Origin: Mustelus asterias
Taxonomy: Eukaryota
Direction of reading: 5' to 3'
NCBI RefSeq assembly: GCF_964213995.1
Contig: NC_135805.1
Location: 74,090,001-74,154,000 of the forward strand
Length of the DNA stretch: 64,000 bases
Shown here: piece after piece, positions 34,010-47,109 of the stretch
Position numbering within the stretch: position 1 is the first letter of the stretch
Layout of the letters: every line of letters begins with the position of its first letter
Position numbers and translations under genes: made by a program
Notes under the pieces: generated by a model
The model's input: the letters and a program-made list of their open reading frames with translations, nothing else
The model's database searches: none
What the model was told of the DNA's origin: nothing

Positions 34010-35270
34010 TAAGACCATAAGAAGTAGGAACAGGAGTAAGCCATTCGGCCCCTTGAGCCTGCTCTGCCATTCAATAGGATCATGGCTGATCCAACATTCC
34101 TCACGTCCACTTTCCTGCCCTTTCCCCATAACCATGATTCCCTTTCTGATCAAAAATCTATCTATCTCAGCCTTAAATATGCACAATACCTCTCTGTGAC
34201 AAGGAGTTCCAAATACTAAAACCCTCTGAGAGAAGAAATTCCTCCACATCTCAGTCTTAAATTGGCACCCCTTTATTCTGTTCCCCCTCGTCCTAGACTG
34301 TCCCATGAGGGGAAACATCCTCTCAGCCTTTATCCTGTCAAGCCCCTTAAGAATCCTATATGTTTCAATGAGATCACCTCTCATTCTTCTAAATTCCAAT
34401 GTACTCCAGATATTGTTTCACCAGTACCTTGTACAATTGCAGCAAGACTTCCCTATGATTATACTCTAATCCCTTTAAAATAAGGGCCAACATTCCATTA
34501 ACCTTCCTGATTACCTGCTGCAACTGTGTGCTAGCCTTCTGTGCTTGATGCACAAGTATCCCCAAGTCTCTTTGTGTTTCTGCAGTTCTTCTTCACCTAA
34601 TTACTACTCTGTTCTTTTGTTCTCCCTTCCAAAATGAACAATTTCACATTTTCCCACATTATACTCCATTTGCCAACTTTTTGCCCATTTACTTAACCTA
34701 TCAATATCTCTTTGTAAACTGGTTGTATCCATCTCGCAACTTGCCTTTCCACCTATTTTTGTGTCGTCTGCAAATTTGGCTGCAATACATCGGCTTCCTT
34801 CCTCCAAGTCATTAATAGACATTGTAAACAGTTGCAGTCCGAGCACTGATCCCTGTGGAATCCCTGTGGTTACAGGTCACCAACCTGAAAAAGAACTCCT
34901 TTTCCCCACTCTCTGTTTCCTGCCCATCAGCCAATTCTCTATCCATGCCAATATGCTACCTCCGACACCATGGGCTCTAATCTTATGACTTTACCTTTTG
35001 TGAGGCACCTTGGCGAAAACCTTCTGGAAGTACAAATACAACACATCTACTTGTTTCCCTCTATCCACTCTGAATGAGACTTCCTCAAATTAGTCAGCCA
35101 TGATTTTCCTTTCACAAAGTCATGCTGACCTGCTTGATTAGATTATGATTTTCCAAATGTGCTGCTAGTACTTCGTTAATAATTGATTCCAACATTTTTC
35201 CATCAGTATATGTTAGGCTAATCAGCCTATAGTTACCTGCTTTTTGCCTCTTTCCCTTTTTGATTAGGAT
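34010..35270 (-). mobile_element. CR1 LINE with internal deletions
   Basis: ORFs 33998..34399, 34604..34846 (KFADDTKIG), 35112..35378 (GNYRLISLT). Confidence 0.9.
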
Positions 35271-36082
35271 TAATTTTCTGAAAAATAGAATACTATCTTT
35301 AGAAAAACATGGCAAGAGCAAAATAAATTGGGAAAGAACAATGGCAGCATTTTCAGGCCCAGTCAAGATCGAGAACAAAGTCAGATGGAACTGATGCGCA
35401 GGTTTCCCGAGCCTGTTCCTATTGTAACTATTTTGGCTGAGGTGAGTTTAGAGCTGGCCCATCCACATGAGGTCGGCAACCAATTAGGTTTAAGAGCATT
35501 GTTAAGGGCAGCTAAGAATTCCAGTCAGCCTCCAGTTTGATGTGACGGTGAGAGGAGTCACCCAATGGCAGGTCCTCTCTTCCTAGCTGAACATGGAGCT
35601 GAACACTGTCCTTCGAGGGATTCCAACCCCCTCATCCCTTGCAGAGTGACCAAGCTGCGTTTTCTGTTTTCTTTAATTGAATCTTTAAATAAAGGTTGGT
35701 GAGAAGGCACCTTCATGTTGAAACACACTCTCCGTTACTTACCCTTTACTGTATCCTGCTCTTCTCACAAGCTGGAAGGCCTCTGGTCCGCCCCCTGGTT
35801 TCGAGAACCACCTGCTACCCTTAATGGGACAGTGAACCTGACAATTCAGGGGGTGCCCTGATCATAATACCAATTAAAATTTGTCTGTTCTGCACCTGAG
35901 TTTGGAAATTCCTCCTTGAATGGTACCCAGTTGTTCTGCTGTAGGTCTCCATCTACTGCTTCCAGAATACTTAGTTGTGTACATGCATTTCAAAGACATT
36001 CCCTTATTTTCTTTCTTCAATGAAATATTTAGATTTACATAACTGATCAAAGTTTCCTGTCTTTTGATATTGGAAACACTCT

Positions 36083-36096
36083 TTGCCCTCTGCTGG
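36083..36096 (-). promoter_or_regulatory. Candidate CTCF site
   Basis: CCAGCAGAGGGCAA, 13/14 consensus match. Confidence 0.4.
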
Positions 36097-36113
36097 GCAA
36101 TCTTGGCTTCTGT

Positions 36114-36401
36114 TTAAGGTTTAAGGTGCGAGGGGCAAGGTTTAAAGGAGATGTACGAGGCAGACTTTTTGCACAGAGAGTAGTGGGATGCCTGGAACTC
36201 GTTGCCGGGGGGAGGTAGTGGAAGCGGATATGGTAGTGACTTTTAAGGGGCGTCTTGACAAATACATGAATAAGATGGGAATAGAGGGATATGGTCCCCG
36301 GAAGGGTAGGGGGTTTTAGTTAAGTCGGGCAGCATGGTCGGTGCAGGCTTGGAGGGCCGAAGGGCCTGTTCTTGTGCTGTAATTTTCTTTGTTCTTTGTT
36401 C
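36114..36401 (+). mobile_element. Short CR1 3' end
   Basis: Very similar to 2875-3138; (ttctttg)n tail. Confidence 0.9.
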
Positions 36402-36489
36402 TGCTTTTTAAGTAGCCAATGTAGTGTTTCCTACCCTTTTGTTCATTTTGGTGGGCTTTTGAGTGAGTGCAACTGCCACATTTGGACCT

Positions 36490-36734
36490 AGTAAGAAGTT
36501 TAACAACACCAGGTTAAAGTCCAACAGGTTTATTTGGTAGCAAAAGCCACACAAGCTTTCGAGGCTCTAAGCCCCTTCTTCAGGTGAGTGGGCCCACTCA
36601 CCTGAAGAAGGGGCTTAGAGCCTCGAAAGCTTGTGTGGCTTTTGCTACCAAATAAACCTGTTGGACTTTAACCTGGTGTTGTTAAACTTCTTACTGTGTT
36701 TACCCCAGTCCAACGCCGGCATCTCCACATCATG
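36490..36734. mobile_element. Fold-back Penelope-like mini-element #3: perfect spacerless 206-bp palindrome
   Basis: Arms 36490-36592 and 36593-36695 centred on gggccc; extension to 36734; 13-bp TSD acatttggaccta at 36478-36490 and 36735-36747; hammerhead at 36595-36635(+) and 36550-36590(-). Confidence 0.92.
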
Positions 36735-36823
36735 ACATTTGGACCTACCAGGCTAACAGGTGCAACCAAAGCCTTTGTATCATGATGAATTATAACCTAA
36801 CTTTGCACCCTAGGTTTTGCCTG

Positions 36824-39800
36824 TGTAAAGATGCTCGTTCACCAGTTTAAGGAAAACACAACTCATTTATTTACAGGTTAAAACTATACAGATTCTTTCA
36901 TGGCTGCAATCAGCTCCTGAGATGGCTCTGAATCCAGAAACCCAAGCTTACCAAGGTGATTCCCCCACCTTGCTCCCTGATTGGCACCCAGGTCATGTGA
37001 CCCTTACTCTGCAGATTGATCCCTAAAGGGACAATCACCATATCCCTCCCCCTCCAAGTCCTTTTATACAAATGTCAATACTCAATTTACACATTAAATT
37101 CAACATTTAGCACATGAATTTAATCAATTATAAATTAAGTCTTTCAAGAGATCTCCAAATACTCTCTTTTTCTCAAATGGTGCATGTGTTTTCCGACGAT
37201 CCTTCCTTCTATGTCCACTTAATAAGACTGGGGTCTAGTTTTAGAGACAATGATTCCAGGGATCCAACTCGATCCACTGTGATAGCGTGTGATGTAGGAC
37301 ACTTCAGCTCAATAAAAAAAATCCAGTTAGACAATAAGCAGACCATTCATTGTGCTCATGAATGGACCAACATAATAAATATAGACTCGTGCCCATTGCT
37401 GGCCAGGCCATTCCCAAGGGTACAATGAGGCTGCAGCAGGCAACCTTTGTTGCAATTGCTACTGTTCACTGTGCTTGACAAGGATCTCGGCATTGGCATC
37501 AATGCCAGGCTACCAGACATAACTTCTGGCGATCATCTTTCAGATGCCCAGATGAGCGCTGTGTAATTCCATTGGAAGTGGTTGTCTGCCTGGTGGGATT
37601 CAACTACTCATGAGAATGATGTCATCCTGGCAACTCATTTTGTTCCTGCGGGTAATAAATGGTTTGATTTCTTCAGAAACTGGTTCAGTGGCCCAACCTG
37701 TAAGTATCATGTGTCTCATTTTAGACAAAAGTGGATCTCGACTGGTCCAGTATCTGATTTGCATCACCGAGATTGGAAACATGTTCAAAAATTCGATGCA
37801 TGACAATTTCCTTCAGCAGCTGTAACACTTTCATGGAAAGGTAGGCGGCTAAGTTCATTCGCATATTCTATGTCTGTTCCAGGTCGGTGCTTGAATGTAT
37901 ATCCATAGGTGGACAGAATTAATGGCCAATGTTGAATTCTTGCTGATATGATTGGCGGAATAGTCTTGTCTTCTTTAAAAAGACCCAAGGGTGGTTTGTG
38001 ATCAGAAACTATGACAAAGTGCTTACCATATAAGTAATGTTGGAATTTCTTGACACCAAAAACAATTGATAATCCTTCTTTCTCAATTTGCGAATAGCCT
38101 TTTTCGGCCTTTGAGAGGGTTCTTGAGGCACACTCTATTGGATTCTCAGATCTGTCGTCCATCTCATGGGCCAACATTGCACCAATGTCAAGTGGAGAGG
38201 TATCGCAGGTCAACACCAGTTCCTTAGACAGGTCGAAATGTACTAACAAGTCGAAGAATGCAGCAATTGTTTTACACTGTTAAAAGCTTCTTTTTGGGGA
38301 GTCTTCCAAGACCAACTCTGGTGTTTCTTTAGCAGAATATGCGTGACCAATAACATTGACAAGTTCAGTAAAAAACAGAAATCGCCCGTAGTAATTTACT
38401 ATTCCCAAAAGTGACTTGAGCTTAGATATGTTTTTGGGGGCTGGTGCCTCCATTATGGCTGTGACCTTGACATTGAACCCCAGATAGGTTACCTCAGTGG
38501 CTTGAAAAGTCCATTTCTCCTCCTTGAGGCAAACTCAAGCACTTGAAATCTCTTGAGCACCTCCTCTAGATGTTTGCTAGATGTTTGTCTCCTGTCCATC
38601 CAGTTATGAGAACATCATCAAATTATACCACAACAAACAGCCCCTGCAGCAGACTCTCCATTGTCCTTTGGAAAATTGCACATACTGAAGACTTACCAAA
38701 AGGCAGAAACATGTATTGGAATAACCCTTTGTGTATGTTTCACATGACAAAACCTTGGGAAACATTGTCTAATTGAGTTGCAGATATGTGTGACTCATAT
38801 CCAGCTTTGTATACGATTGACCTCCAGCCAGCTTTGCATACAGGTCTTCAATCTTCGGGATTGGATATTTATCCAACTTGGCAACCCAATTAATTGTCAT
38901 CTTGTAATCACCACAAATGTGGACTGTCTTGTCCAATTTCAGCACAGGAACTATGTGTGCTGCCCTTCCGAGAACTGAACTGGCTGGGTAATGCCCAGTT
39001 CTTCAAATCACTTTAATTCAGTATTTACTTTCTCCCGTAAAGCATATAGTACTGATCTCGCCCTATAGAATCGTGGGGTCGCCTCTGGATCCACATAGAT
39101 GTTCGCTTGCAGGCCTTTTATTTTGCCTAATTCGTCCTTGAAGATGCTCTCATATTTCTTCATCAGTTTGAGCAGTTCTCCTTCACGCTCTTGATCCAAT
39201 TTAATTTGATTTCCTTAAGCCAACCATGCCCGAAAAGGCTTGGTCCTACACCCGTCACTATGATCACTGGGAGTTAGGCACACTTCTGCCCATAGCTTAC
39301 AGGCACCATTGCAGTGCCCATTATTTTTATCCTTTCTCCACTATGGGTTGTTAACTTAGCCGCTATACACTTCAAATTCAATAGTGAACACCTTCTCTCA
39401 AGTACCAATATGTATGCTCACCTGTCACAGTAGCTGATGCCCCTGAATCAACATCCATCTTTACCTGAAGCATTACAGTAATAGGGGCTATGCTGCCTCC
39501 TTTTATACTAAACACTGAGTGAATATTTAAATCATTGGTGCGAGACTCGTCCACATTCTACCTTGGTGGTGGATTACTTAATCAGCTATTCGGTAGACCT
39601 GACTTGGCTCTGCACCTATGCCTTAAGTGGCCTCTCCTGTGACAAAAGAAACACTCAACCTCCTTATAATTGCAGGATTCAGGGGAATATTTACCTCCAC
39701 ATTGATAACATTCAACTTCAAACTTTGCTGATTGATTGTCTCTTCTAAATCTTCTTATCTTACTTATGGCTGAAATCGTTTCCCACCTTGCAGCTACTTC

Positions 39801-41177
39801 TTTGGTTTTGGCACCACTGCTGACTACAGGTTGCCACTCTAACTGATGAAGGGCACCCTCTTGTGTGCTCTATAACCCCTTATGCATCTTTGCGCTTTAC
39901 GTTGCCTGCACTATCTCCATTGCTCATTTAAAATTTACATCAACTTTTGCAAGTCATCACCTTGTTATTCACCCTGCATACTCATCTATCCCATAACATA
40001 TCTTTCAAGGTGGTTCAAAAATCACAATACTTGGATATCTGTTTCAATTTAGTGATATAAATTGCAATTGTTTCAGTGGGGCTTGCCCCTTTGAATTAAA
40101 TTGAATCTCGGGAGTACGATTGATGGTTTAGGCTGGAAATGTGACTTCACGAATTCCACAAGCTCAATGCATGATTTGGAGTTGGACATGCTGAGACTGT
40201 GGGACTGCGAATCAGATTATAAATATGCGTTCTACATGCATTCAGGAGGATTGCCTTGCACTTTAATTCACTTGGAAGTAATACCCAAGGCGCTCTACAT
40301 ATTGTGTCCAGTCCTCGGAATCCAATGGACCTATCCATCCAAAGAGTAAGAAGTCTTACAACACCAGGTTAAAGTCCAACAGGTTTATTTGGTAGCATGA
40401 GCTTTCGCAGCACTGCCCTTCATCAGGTGAGTGGAGAATTGGGTTCACAGACAGGGCGTATATAGACACAGACTCAATTACAAGGTAATGGTTGGAATGC
40501 GAGTCTTAACAGGTAATCAAGTCTTTACAGGTGCAGACAATGTGAGTGGAAAGAGGGTTAACCACAGATTAAAGAGGTGTGAATTGTCTCAAGCCAGGAC
40601 ATTTAGTAAGATTTTGCAAGCCCAGGCAAGTCATGGGGGTTACAGGTAGTGTGACATGAACCCAAGATCACGTTTGAGACCGTCCTCATGTGTGCGAAAC
40701 TTGGTTATCAGTTTCTGCTCGGCGATTCTGCATTGTCGTGTGTCTTGAAGGCCGTCTTGGAGAATGCTTACCCGAAGATCAGAGGCTGAATGCCCGTGAC
40801 TGCTGAAGTGTTCCCCGACAGGAAGGGAACACTCCTGCCTGGTGATTGTCAAGCGGTGTCCATTCATCCGTTGTCGTAGCGTTGACGAGTGTATTGTCGC
40901 CTATTGTAGTGTATTGTTCCCGACAGGAAGGGAACACTTCAGCAGTCAAGATGTTTATTCACTAGTTTAGAGAAAACATAACTCATTTATTTACATGTTA
41001 AAACTATGCAGAGACTTGCAGTCTTGTGGCTGCAATCAGCTCTCGAGGTCTCTCTGAGTACAGAAGCCCACGGTTACCAGGGTGATTTCCCCGTCCTGCT
41101 CCCCGATTGGTTCCCCAAGTCATGTGTCCCTTGCCCTCTTTTTAGGCAGATTACTCTTTAAAGGGTCAATCACCACA
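36824..41177 (-). mobile_element. Decayed Gypsy (Mag/K02A2.6-like) LTR retrotransposon
   Basis: LTRs 36824-37042 and ~40948-41177; PPT 37043-37053; RNase H ORF 37785..38249 (LTCD...ASRTLSKAEKGYSQIEKEGL...SDHKP); pre-RT ORF 39008..39199; possible TSD gcctg/gccag. Confidence 0.9.
40346..40947 (-). mobile_element. Penelope-like element 3' part (GIY-YIG C-terminus plus pLTR with hammerhead)
   Basis: ORF 40640..40867 MNGHR..I....SLPVGEHF..HGHS..DL...AEQKLI.KF.T...GL.RD; CTGATGA...GAAAGCTC at ~40398-40432(-). Confidence 0.88.
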
Positions 41178-42000
41178 GCCAGCCGAGCACATTGAAGTGC
41201 TTGATCAAATATTAGGTCATCTTTTGTGTGTAAAGTATCTGCCAGTTTTTCATCATGGACTCTGATGACAATGCATTCGCGAATGAGCTAATCTTTTGAT
41301 GCACCATATCTGCAACAACTGGCAATATGCAAGAAACAATTCAACAGATTCCCATGCCTTTGAGATTTCCGATTGAATCGCGTTTGTTCCATTGTGAGGT
41401 TCCATTTTGGTTGAAATATGCTTTTAGGACAGTTTGCAGGGGCCTCTTCTACCCCCTGTCTCAGGGTGTCATTGCAGGCGACAGGCCTGCTGCATAGAGG
41501 AATGAACTAACCTGGTACTTCTGCTCTTTGACAGACAAACCTGATGCTGTTCGATACCAGTTTTTTTCCACAACTCACAATGCTGGTCTCTCTGTGAATC
41601 TTAGCGGTTTTTGAACGGTTGCGGAAGGAGCAGTGACTTGATTGGTTCTGACTTCGCTACCAATTCTGTGTGCCTCTCATCGAGACAATCTTCTTTTTGA
41701 AGAATTATTCTTCCGATTTCTCCCTGTGGGTGTCCCGTCGATGGCATCAAGTTGTTGTAAGATTGGTGTCACCATTGCTGCTACCATGTTTTGTGGTTTA
41801 TCTTGTGGCCTAATCTATACTGAGAAAGTTTCCCTCTACTCATGTCTGACTCAGGTAGCTTTCTTCAAAATGACTTTATTTACATGATATATATGATAAA
41901 CTGCTGGGTAAGTGCATTTCTTTTGTGTGCAGACCATTCCATCTTCTCCATAGAGTCTCCAGTACATAATTGCTGATGTCATTGTACATCTTGCTACACA
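41178..42000 (-). mobile_element. Second Gypsy remnant (LTR, PBS, gag) interrupted by the first
   Basis: LTR-like ~41787-42000; PBS TGGTAGCAG (tRNA-iMet type) at ~41778-41786; gag-like ASGL..KEQKYQVSSFLYAAG and DDLIFDQALQCAR. Confidence 0.6.
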
Positions 42001-42431
42001 TCACTGTGTCATTACCATTACTATTAACCCATTATGCTACATTGAAGTGCTCTGCTATGTCCCTAGATTACTATCTCAATTTATCACTTAAGACTTGTCT
42101 GATCTGGACAAAAGTAACACACCAGCTACACATCAATCAACTCCTCCTCTATATGGAAATTACGTCAGGTGTTTTTAACTTCTTTTCCTGATGCTCACAC
42201 TCACTTTCTTTTGAACTCTCTGACTGAGGCCTACACTCAGGTACTTTCCCTTCACTCTACTACTTCACCCCTGAACAATCTCAGGCCTGTGCTCCCTTGC
42301 CTCCTAGGTTCTCCAATTTTGCTGCTGCCACTCAGTTTAAATCTCAGGCCTCTCTTTTTGTGCATATTTATTATTTTAGTTAATGAGAGTATTATTTTTA
42401 AACAATGTGGTAATGTTGCACAAATGTTGAT

Positions 42432-43037
42432 TAAATTATTCCAAGCATAATGCCCAAACCAACAAAGCAAATTGCTCAGTGAAAAAAGTATACAATTTAC
42501 AACTCAATGCTGGTTTATTTTTCCCTAAATAACTGAGTCATAGTGAACCTTGTTTATACCAAACATTTATTGATTTTACACTTAAATGTTACTGTTAAAA
42601 ATAGAGAACATCGTTTTATTATGAGAGGACATACAATTGCTGTGGTTCTGTTTAAAAAGCTGATGTACCATGACGCAGTCATGTGGCATTTAACTATGCA
42701 TATTAAAACGAGCAGAAGGAGTGAACAAAATGTTCTGTTGTTCAGTAAGTTATGATGACACAGAATACCATATTAAATGCCAAATGACAGTGTCATGGTA
42801 CATCAATTCCTTAACAGCACTCCTGCAATCAAATGCCCTCACATAATAAAACAATGTTTTTTATTTTCAAAATTAACTTAAAGTGCTAAAATCAAAAAAT
42901 GTTTGGTGCAAACAAGGTTAACTATGACTCAGTTATCTAGGGAAAAATAAACCAGCACTGGATTGGAGTAGTAAATTGTACCTTTTTTACTGAGTGATTA
43001 CTTATTTTGATTTGAGCATTATGTTCAGAATGATTTA
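42432..43037. repeat. Old ~600-bp imperfect inverted repeat (MITE/fold-back)
   Basis: Arms ~42432-42700 and ~42770-43037, e.g. tgctggtttatttttccctaaataactgagtcatag pairs with ctatgactcagttatctagggaaaaataaaccagca. Confidence 0.85.
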
Positions 43038-43718
43038 TTCTAAATTATCCCGAGGAACATAATGTATTAAGGTGAGATACATTTGCTGTTTGGTTAATTA
43101 CATTGCAAAGGGTGAGACAGAGATAGATAAAGTGAATTCAGCAGAGGAACCTGTACTATGGGAGTAAGTTTTGCAGACTATAGTTTATATTCCTGCATAC
43201 AAAGGTAGGTGTGATATTTGTTGATGTACATCATGGTTACTGTTGTCTCCTGGAACTCCTTCTTGGTTGCCTTTATGAGTCAGAGAAAAATTATTTCCTC
43301 TGTTGAATTGCCTTAGGATTTAAAAATAACTTTAATCTTTTCCATGTGTTTATAAAGCTGCTGATGAGTAAAGAGCATTGAGCAGTGTTACCAAATTGTT
43401 ACATGGTCGAACATAGCAGGTTCAATGGACAATCAGGTCATTTTTGTACGTTTGCAATTTCAGTATAAACAAAGATTGTTTAAAATATTATGTTTTTGCA
43501 CTGTATTTGAGACAACAAATACCAGAAATAATCCAGAAAGTATTAGTCATTAATATTAAAGTCCACATACATGATATAAAATTGAGAGTATTTTAATTAG
43601 AGGTCCTAATGCCCTAACTGTTCGCTTTGTTATTGCAACATTTACAACATTTGTTCAGTAGTCACTATAAAAACACACAGTATAAGCATTGTGTAATCAT
43701 GTAAGTGTACCTAAGTCT

Positions 43719-43996
43719 TTTATTTTTTTTATTGTCACAAGTAGGTTTACATTAACACTGCAATGAATTTATGTGAAAATCCCCTAGTTGCCACACTCTG
43801 GCATCTGTTCAGATACATGGAGAGAGAGAGAGAATTTAGCATGGCCAATGCACCTAATCCTGGAGGAAACTAGAGTACCCAGGGGAAAACCCACACAGAC
43901 ACGGGGAGAACGTGCAAACTCCACACAGTGAACCAAGCTGGGAATTGAACCCAGATTCCTGGCACTGTGAGGCAGCACTGTGCCACCCCACCGTGC
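43719..43996 (-). mobile_element. HE1-like SINE with alternative tail
   Basis: tRNA head, V-domain, and the same tail as 25066-25160. Confidence 0.82.
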
Positions 43997-44296
43997 AGCT
44001 GGGGGTCATAGCTTGAGGATAAGGGGTAAACCTTTGAGAACTGAGGTGAGGAGAAATTTCTTCACCTAGAGAGTGGTGAATGAGTGGAATTCACTACTAT
44101 AGAAAGTAGTTGAGGCCAAAACGTTGTTTGAGTTCAAGAAGAAATTAGATATAGCTCTAGGGGCTAAAGGGATCAAGGGATATGGGAGGGGGAGGGGGGG
44201 ATCAGGATATTGAATTTGATGATCAGCCGGGATCAAAATGAATGGCAGATCAAGCTGGAGGGGCCGAATGACCTACTCCAGCTTCTAGTTTCTATT
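43997..44296 (+). mobile_element. CR1 3' end
   Basis: RGHSLRIRG...RRNFFT.RVVN.WNSL; tail ttctagtttcta. Confidence 0.85.
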
Positions 44297-44349
44297 TAAA
44301 CGACCGAGATTTTAGTCATCTGTCCTGATATGGCTCAGCGTCCAATGTT

Positions 44350-45035
44350 GCTTTATAACGCCCCGGCACGAAATGCCTTGTTCGGGGGGGGGGGGGGGGG
44401 TTCAAGGCGCTAGATGGATACAAGTTGTTGTTGTTCTTTAGCAGGGGTCTGGAACCTTGGCCCGATCCTATTGTGACGCGAGGGCGTGGGAGCGCAGGCG
44501 CGGCGGATGGGGCGCAGTAACGGTCCGGGGGGAGGGGACGGCTGTGGGGGCGGCGGCAGCAGCAGCAGCAAGAGGAGGAGACGGTGATGGTGGAGGAGAG
44601 CAGCAACAACAACAACAGCAGCTCGGGAGAGGAGAGGAAGAGGTACCGTGTACCCGGGGTGTGTGTGTGAGGGAGAGAGAGAGAGTGGGGGGACAGACAG
44701 GGCCTTGCTCAGGTTAATGAGCTGCTGAAACCGACGAGCCGTCAGCGTAGCCGCCTTTGCTTCCCCGACCGGTGAGCCAGCACCTGCCTCCGCTCCCCCC
44801 GCCGGGAGAGGGGGGCCCGGCCGCTCGGACTGGTAACCGGCCCGGGGGGAGGTAGGTGGCGGATTGCGGCTGGGCCTGGACCCGGACCTGGACCTGGACC
44901 CGGACCCGGGCCCGCCCGGCCCCCGGAACTGCCGTCTCCCTGCCTGAAACGAGCAGTCCGCAAACCTCCGAGCCCTGAGCTGCAACGTTTAAAACTGCAA
45001 ATGAATATTTTTTGGGTGTGGATTCTCACCACGTA
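44350..45035 (+). promoter_or_regulatory. NCOA7: CpG-island promoter / first exon, probably of NCOA7
   Basis: Only extended GC/CpG-rich unique segment; GC boxes, G17 run, donor candidates AG|GTACCG (44643) and CG|GTGAGC (44772); 8 kb upstream of the NCOA7-like exon. Confidence 0.8.
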
Positions 45036-46004
45036 TATTGTTGCTTCCTTGAAGTTTCCGCAGTTCCACTAAAACCCAGTCTGATGAATGGTTTTAGTCA
45101 AATTAAAAGGGACTTGTATTTCTGATATGATTTTCATGCCGTGTGAAGGATTATTGACATGCAACTTCTAAAACGGCTTAACGTGTCATTATTTAGGACT
45201 GCTTGGTTGAAGCATTCTCGTGTCGATTTTGTTTTGCATTGGGGAACTGTGCCTTGTCAATGTGCACCTGACCCAGCATTGTGCCCGTCTGGCATTTTGC
45301 CACCCCACCAGCTAAAAAGGGGCAGGGCTAATGATTCAGTCTCAACCTTCGGTTCAGAGACAAGGCATGCAACAGGTCCTGTTTGTTCTTTATCTAAAGT
45401 TTTCTCCATTTATTTATGCCTCAAATATCTGTATTAGGTTCGTGCTGCTGTCGCATTGTGGAAATTTGCTGCATAACCTATACATTTTTGTGAAATTTGC
45501 AATAATTGCAGTACTGTGATAATCAATGTTACATGTTGATCTAAAATGAAAAATGCTCATTCGAGTTAATTGTTTAGTAAAATCTGTCTTGTTTGTTATT
45601 TTATAATCTGGACTGTTTTATTTGGATGTTGACAATTATCCTAATTAAGTTCCATACAGATTCAAAGGATGTTCTACGTTAGTTTGTAGTGATACAGCAA
45701 GAAAATCCAAAAGACCTATGACATGACAGTATTTGGTAATATTCTTAAACCACCTTGTTAATTTTATTGTGCAAAATTTACACCATTTTTGATCAGCTAA
45801 ATGACAAATGATGACTGAATTTGAGTTGCCCCTAGGTGCATCACTAACTAAACTTTCAGAAGGCATACATCATAGAAGTTTATTTGAATGGAAATGATCA
45901 GGCCCCCTTGGCTGCTCTGTGTTCTCCATTTGAGTGGTTAAGGCAATTATCCAACTACTTTTGTAGTGAGCTAGAGATGATACTTGCACAGCTTTGTTGA
46001 TCAA

Positions 46005-47055
46005 TTCTGATCAATGTTGATCTGGAAGATGGAACTGAGAGCATGGTTGCTAAATTTGCAGATAATACAAATTATTAGTCTTGAAGTGGGGAGGCTGCAG
46101 AATGACTTGGACAGGGTAGGAGAGTGGGCAAAGACATGGCAGATGGGATACAATGTGGGAAAGTGTGAGGTTCTGCACTTTGGTCGGAAGAATAGAGGCA
46201 TAGACTATTTTCTAAATGGGGAGAGGCTTCGGAAATCTGAAGCACGAAGGGACTTGGGAGTTCTGGTTTGGGACTCGAGGTTAACGTGCAGGTTCAGTTA
46301 TAAGAACATAAGAAATAGGAGCAGGAGTAGGCCAGTTGGAAGGCAAATTCAATGTTAGCATTCATTTCTAGAGGGCTAGAATACAAGAGCAGGGATGTAC
46401 TGCTGAGGCTGTATAAGGCTCTGTTCAGACCCCATTTGGAATATTATGAACAGTTTTGAGCCCCATACCTAAGGAAGGATGTGCTGGCCTTGGAGGAGGT
46501 CCAGAGGAGGGTCACAAGAATGATCCCAGGAATGTCATATGAGGAGTCTGGGTCTATACTTGATGGAGTTTAGAAGGATATGGGGGATCTTATTGAAACT
46601 TGCAGAATACTGAGAGGCCTAGATAGAGTGGGCGTGGAGAAAATGTTTTCACTAGTGGGAGAACTAAACTCGAGGGCACAACCTCGGGTTGAGGAGAAAT
46701 TTCTTCAGCCAGAGGGTGGTGAATCTGTGGAACTCATTGAAGCAGAGGGCTGTGGAGGCCAGGTCATTGACTGTCTTTAAGACCGAGATATATAGGTTCT
46801 TAATAAAAACAAATTACTGCGGATGCTGGAATCTGAAATCAAAAGAGAAAATGCTGGAAAATCTCAGCAGGTCTGGCAGCATCTGTAAGGAGAGAAAAGA
46901 GGTGTCGGTGATAGGTTCTTGATCAATAAGGGGATCAAGGGTTATGGGGAGAAGGCAGGAGAATGGGGATGAGAATCATATCAGCCATGATTGAATAGCA
47001 GAGCAGACTTGATGGGCCAAATGGCCTAATTCTGCTCCTATATCTTATGGTTTAA
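46005..47055 (+). mobile_element. CR1 LINE fragment with two small nested insertions
   Basis: ORFs 46014..46358, 46580..46780, 46689..46922; 33-bp reversed CR1 tail at 46300-46332 (TSD cagtt); Penelope fragment 46802-46910 (TSD ataggttctt). Confidence 0.88.
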
Positions 47056-47109
47056 TTCCCATGACTTGAAAACACTCAGTTCCAAATGGCTTAGTCTGCA
47101 TCCACACAG

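Noticed and set aside
44316-45032. Pro/Gly-rich, polyQ/polyA ORFs (44410..44985, 44457..44717 and others)
   Set aside because: Stop-poor GC-rich CpG island with non-ATG starts and simple repeats
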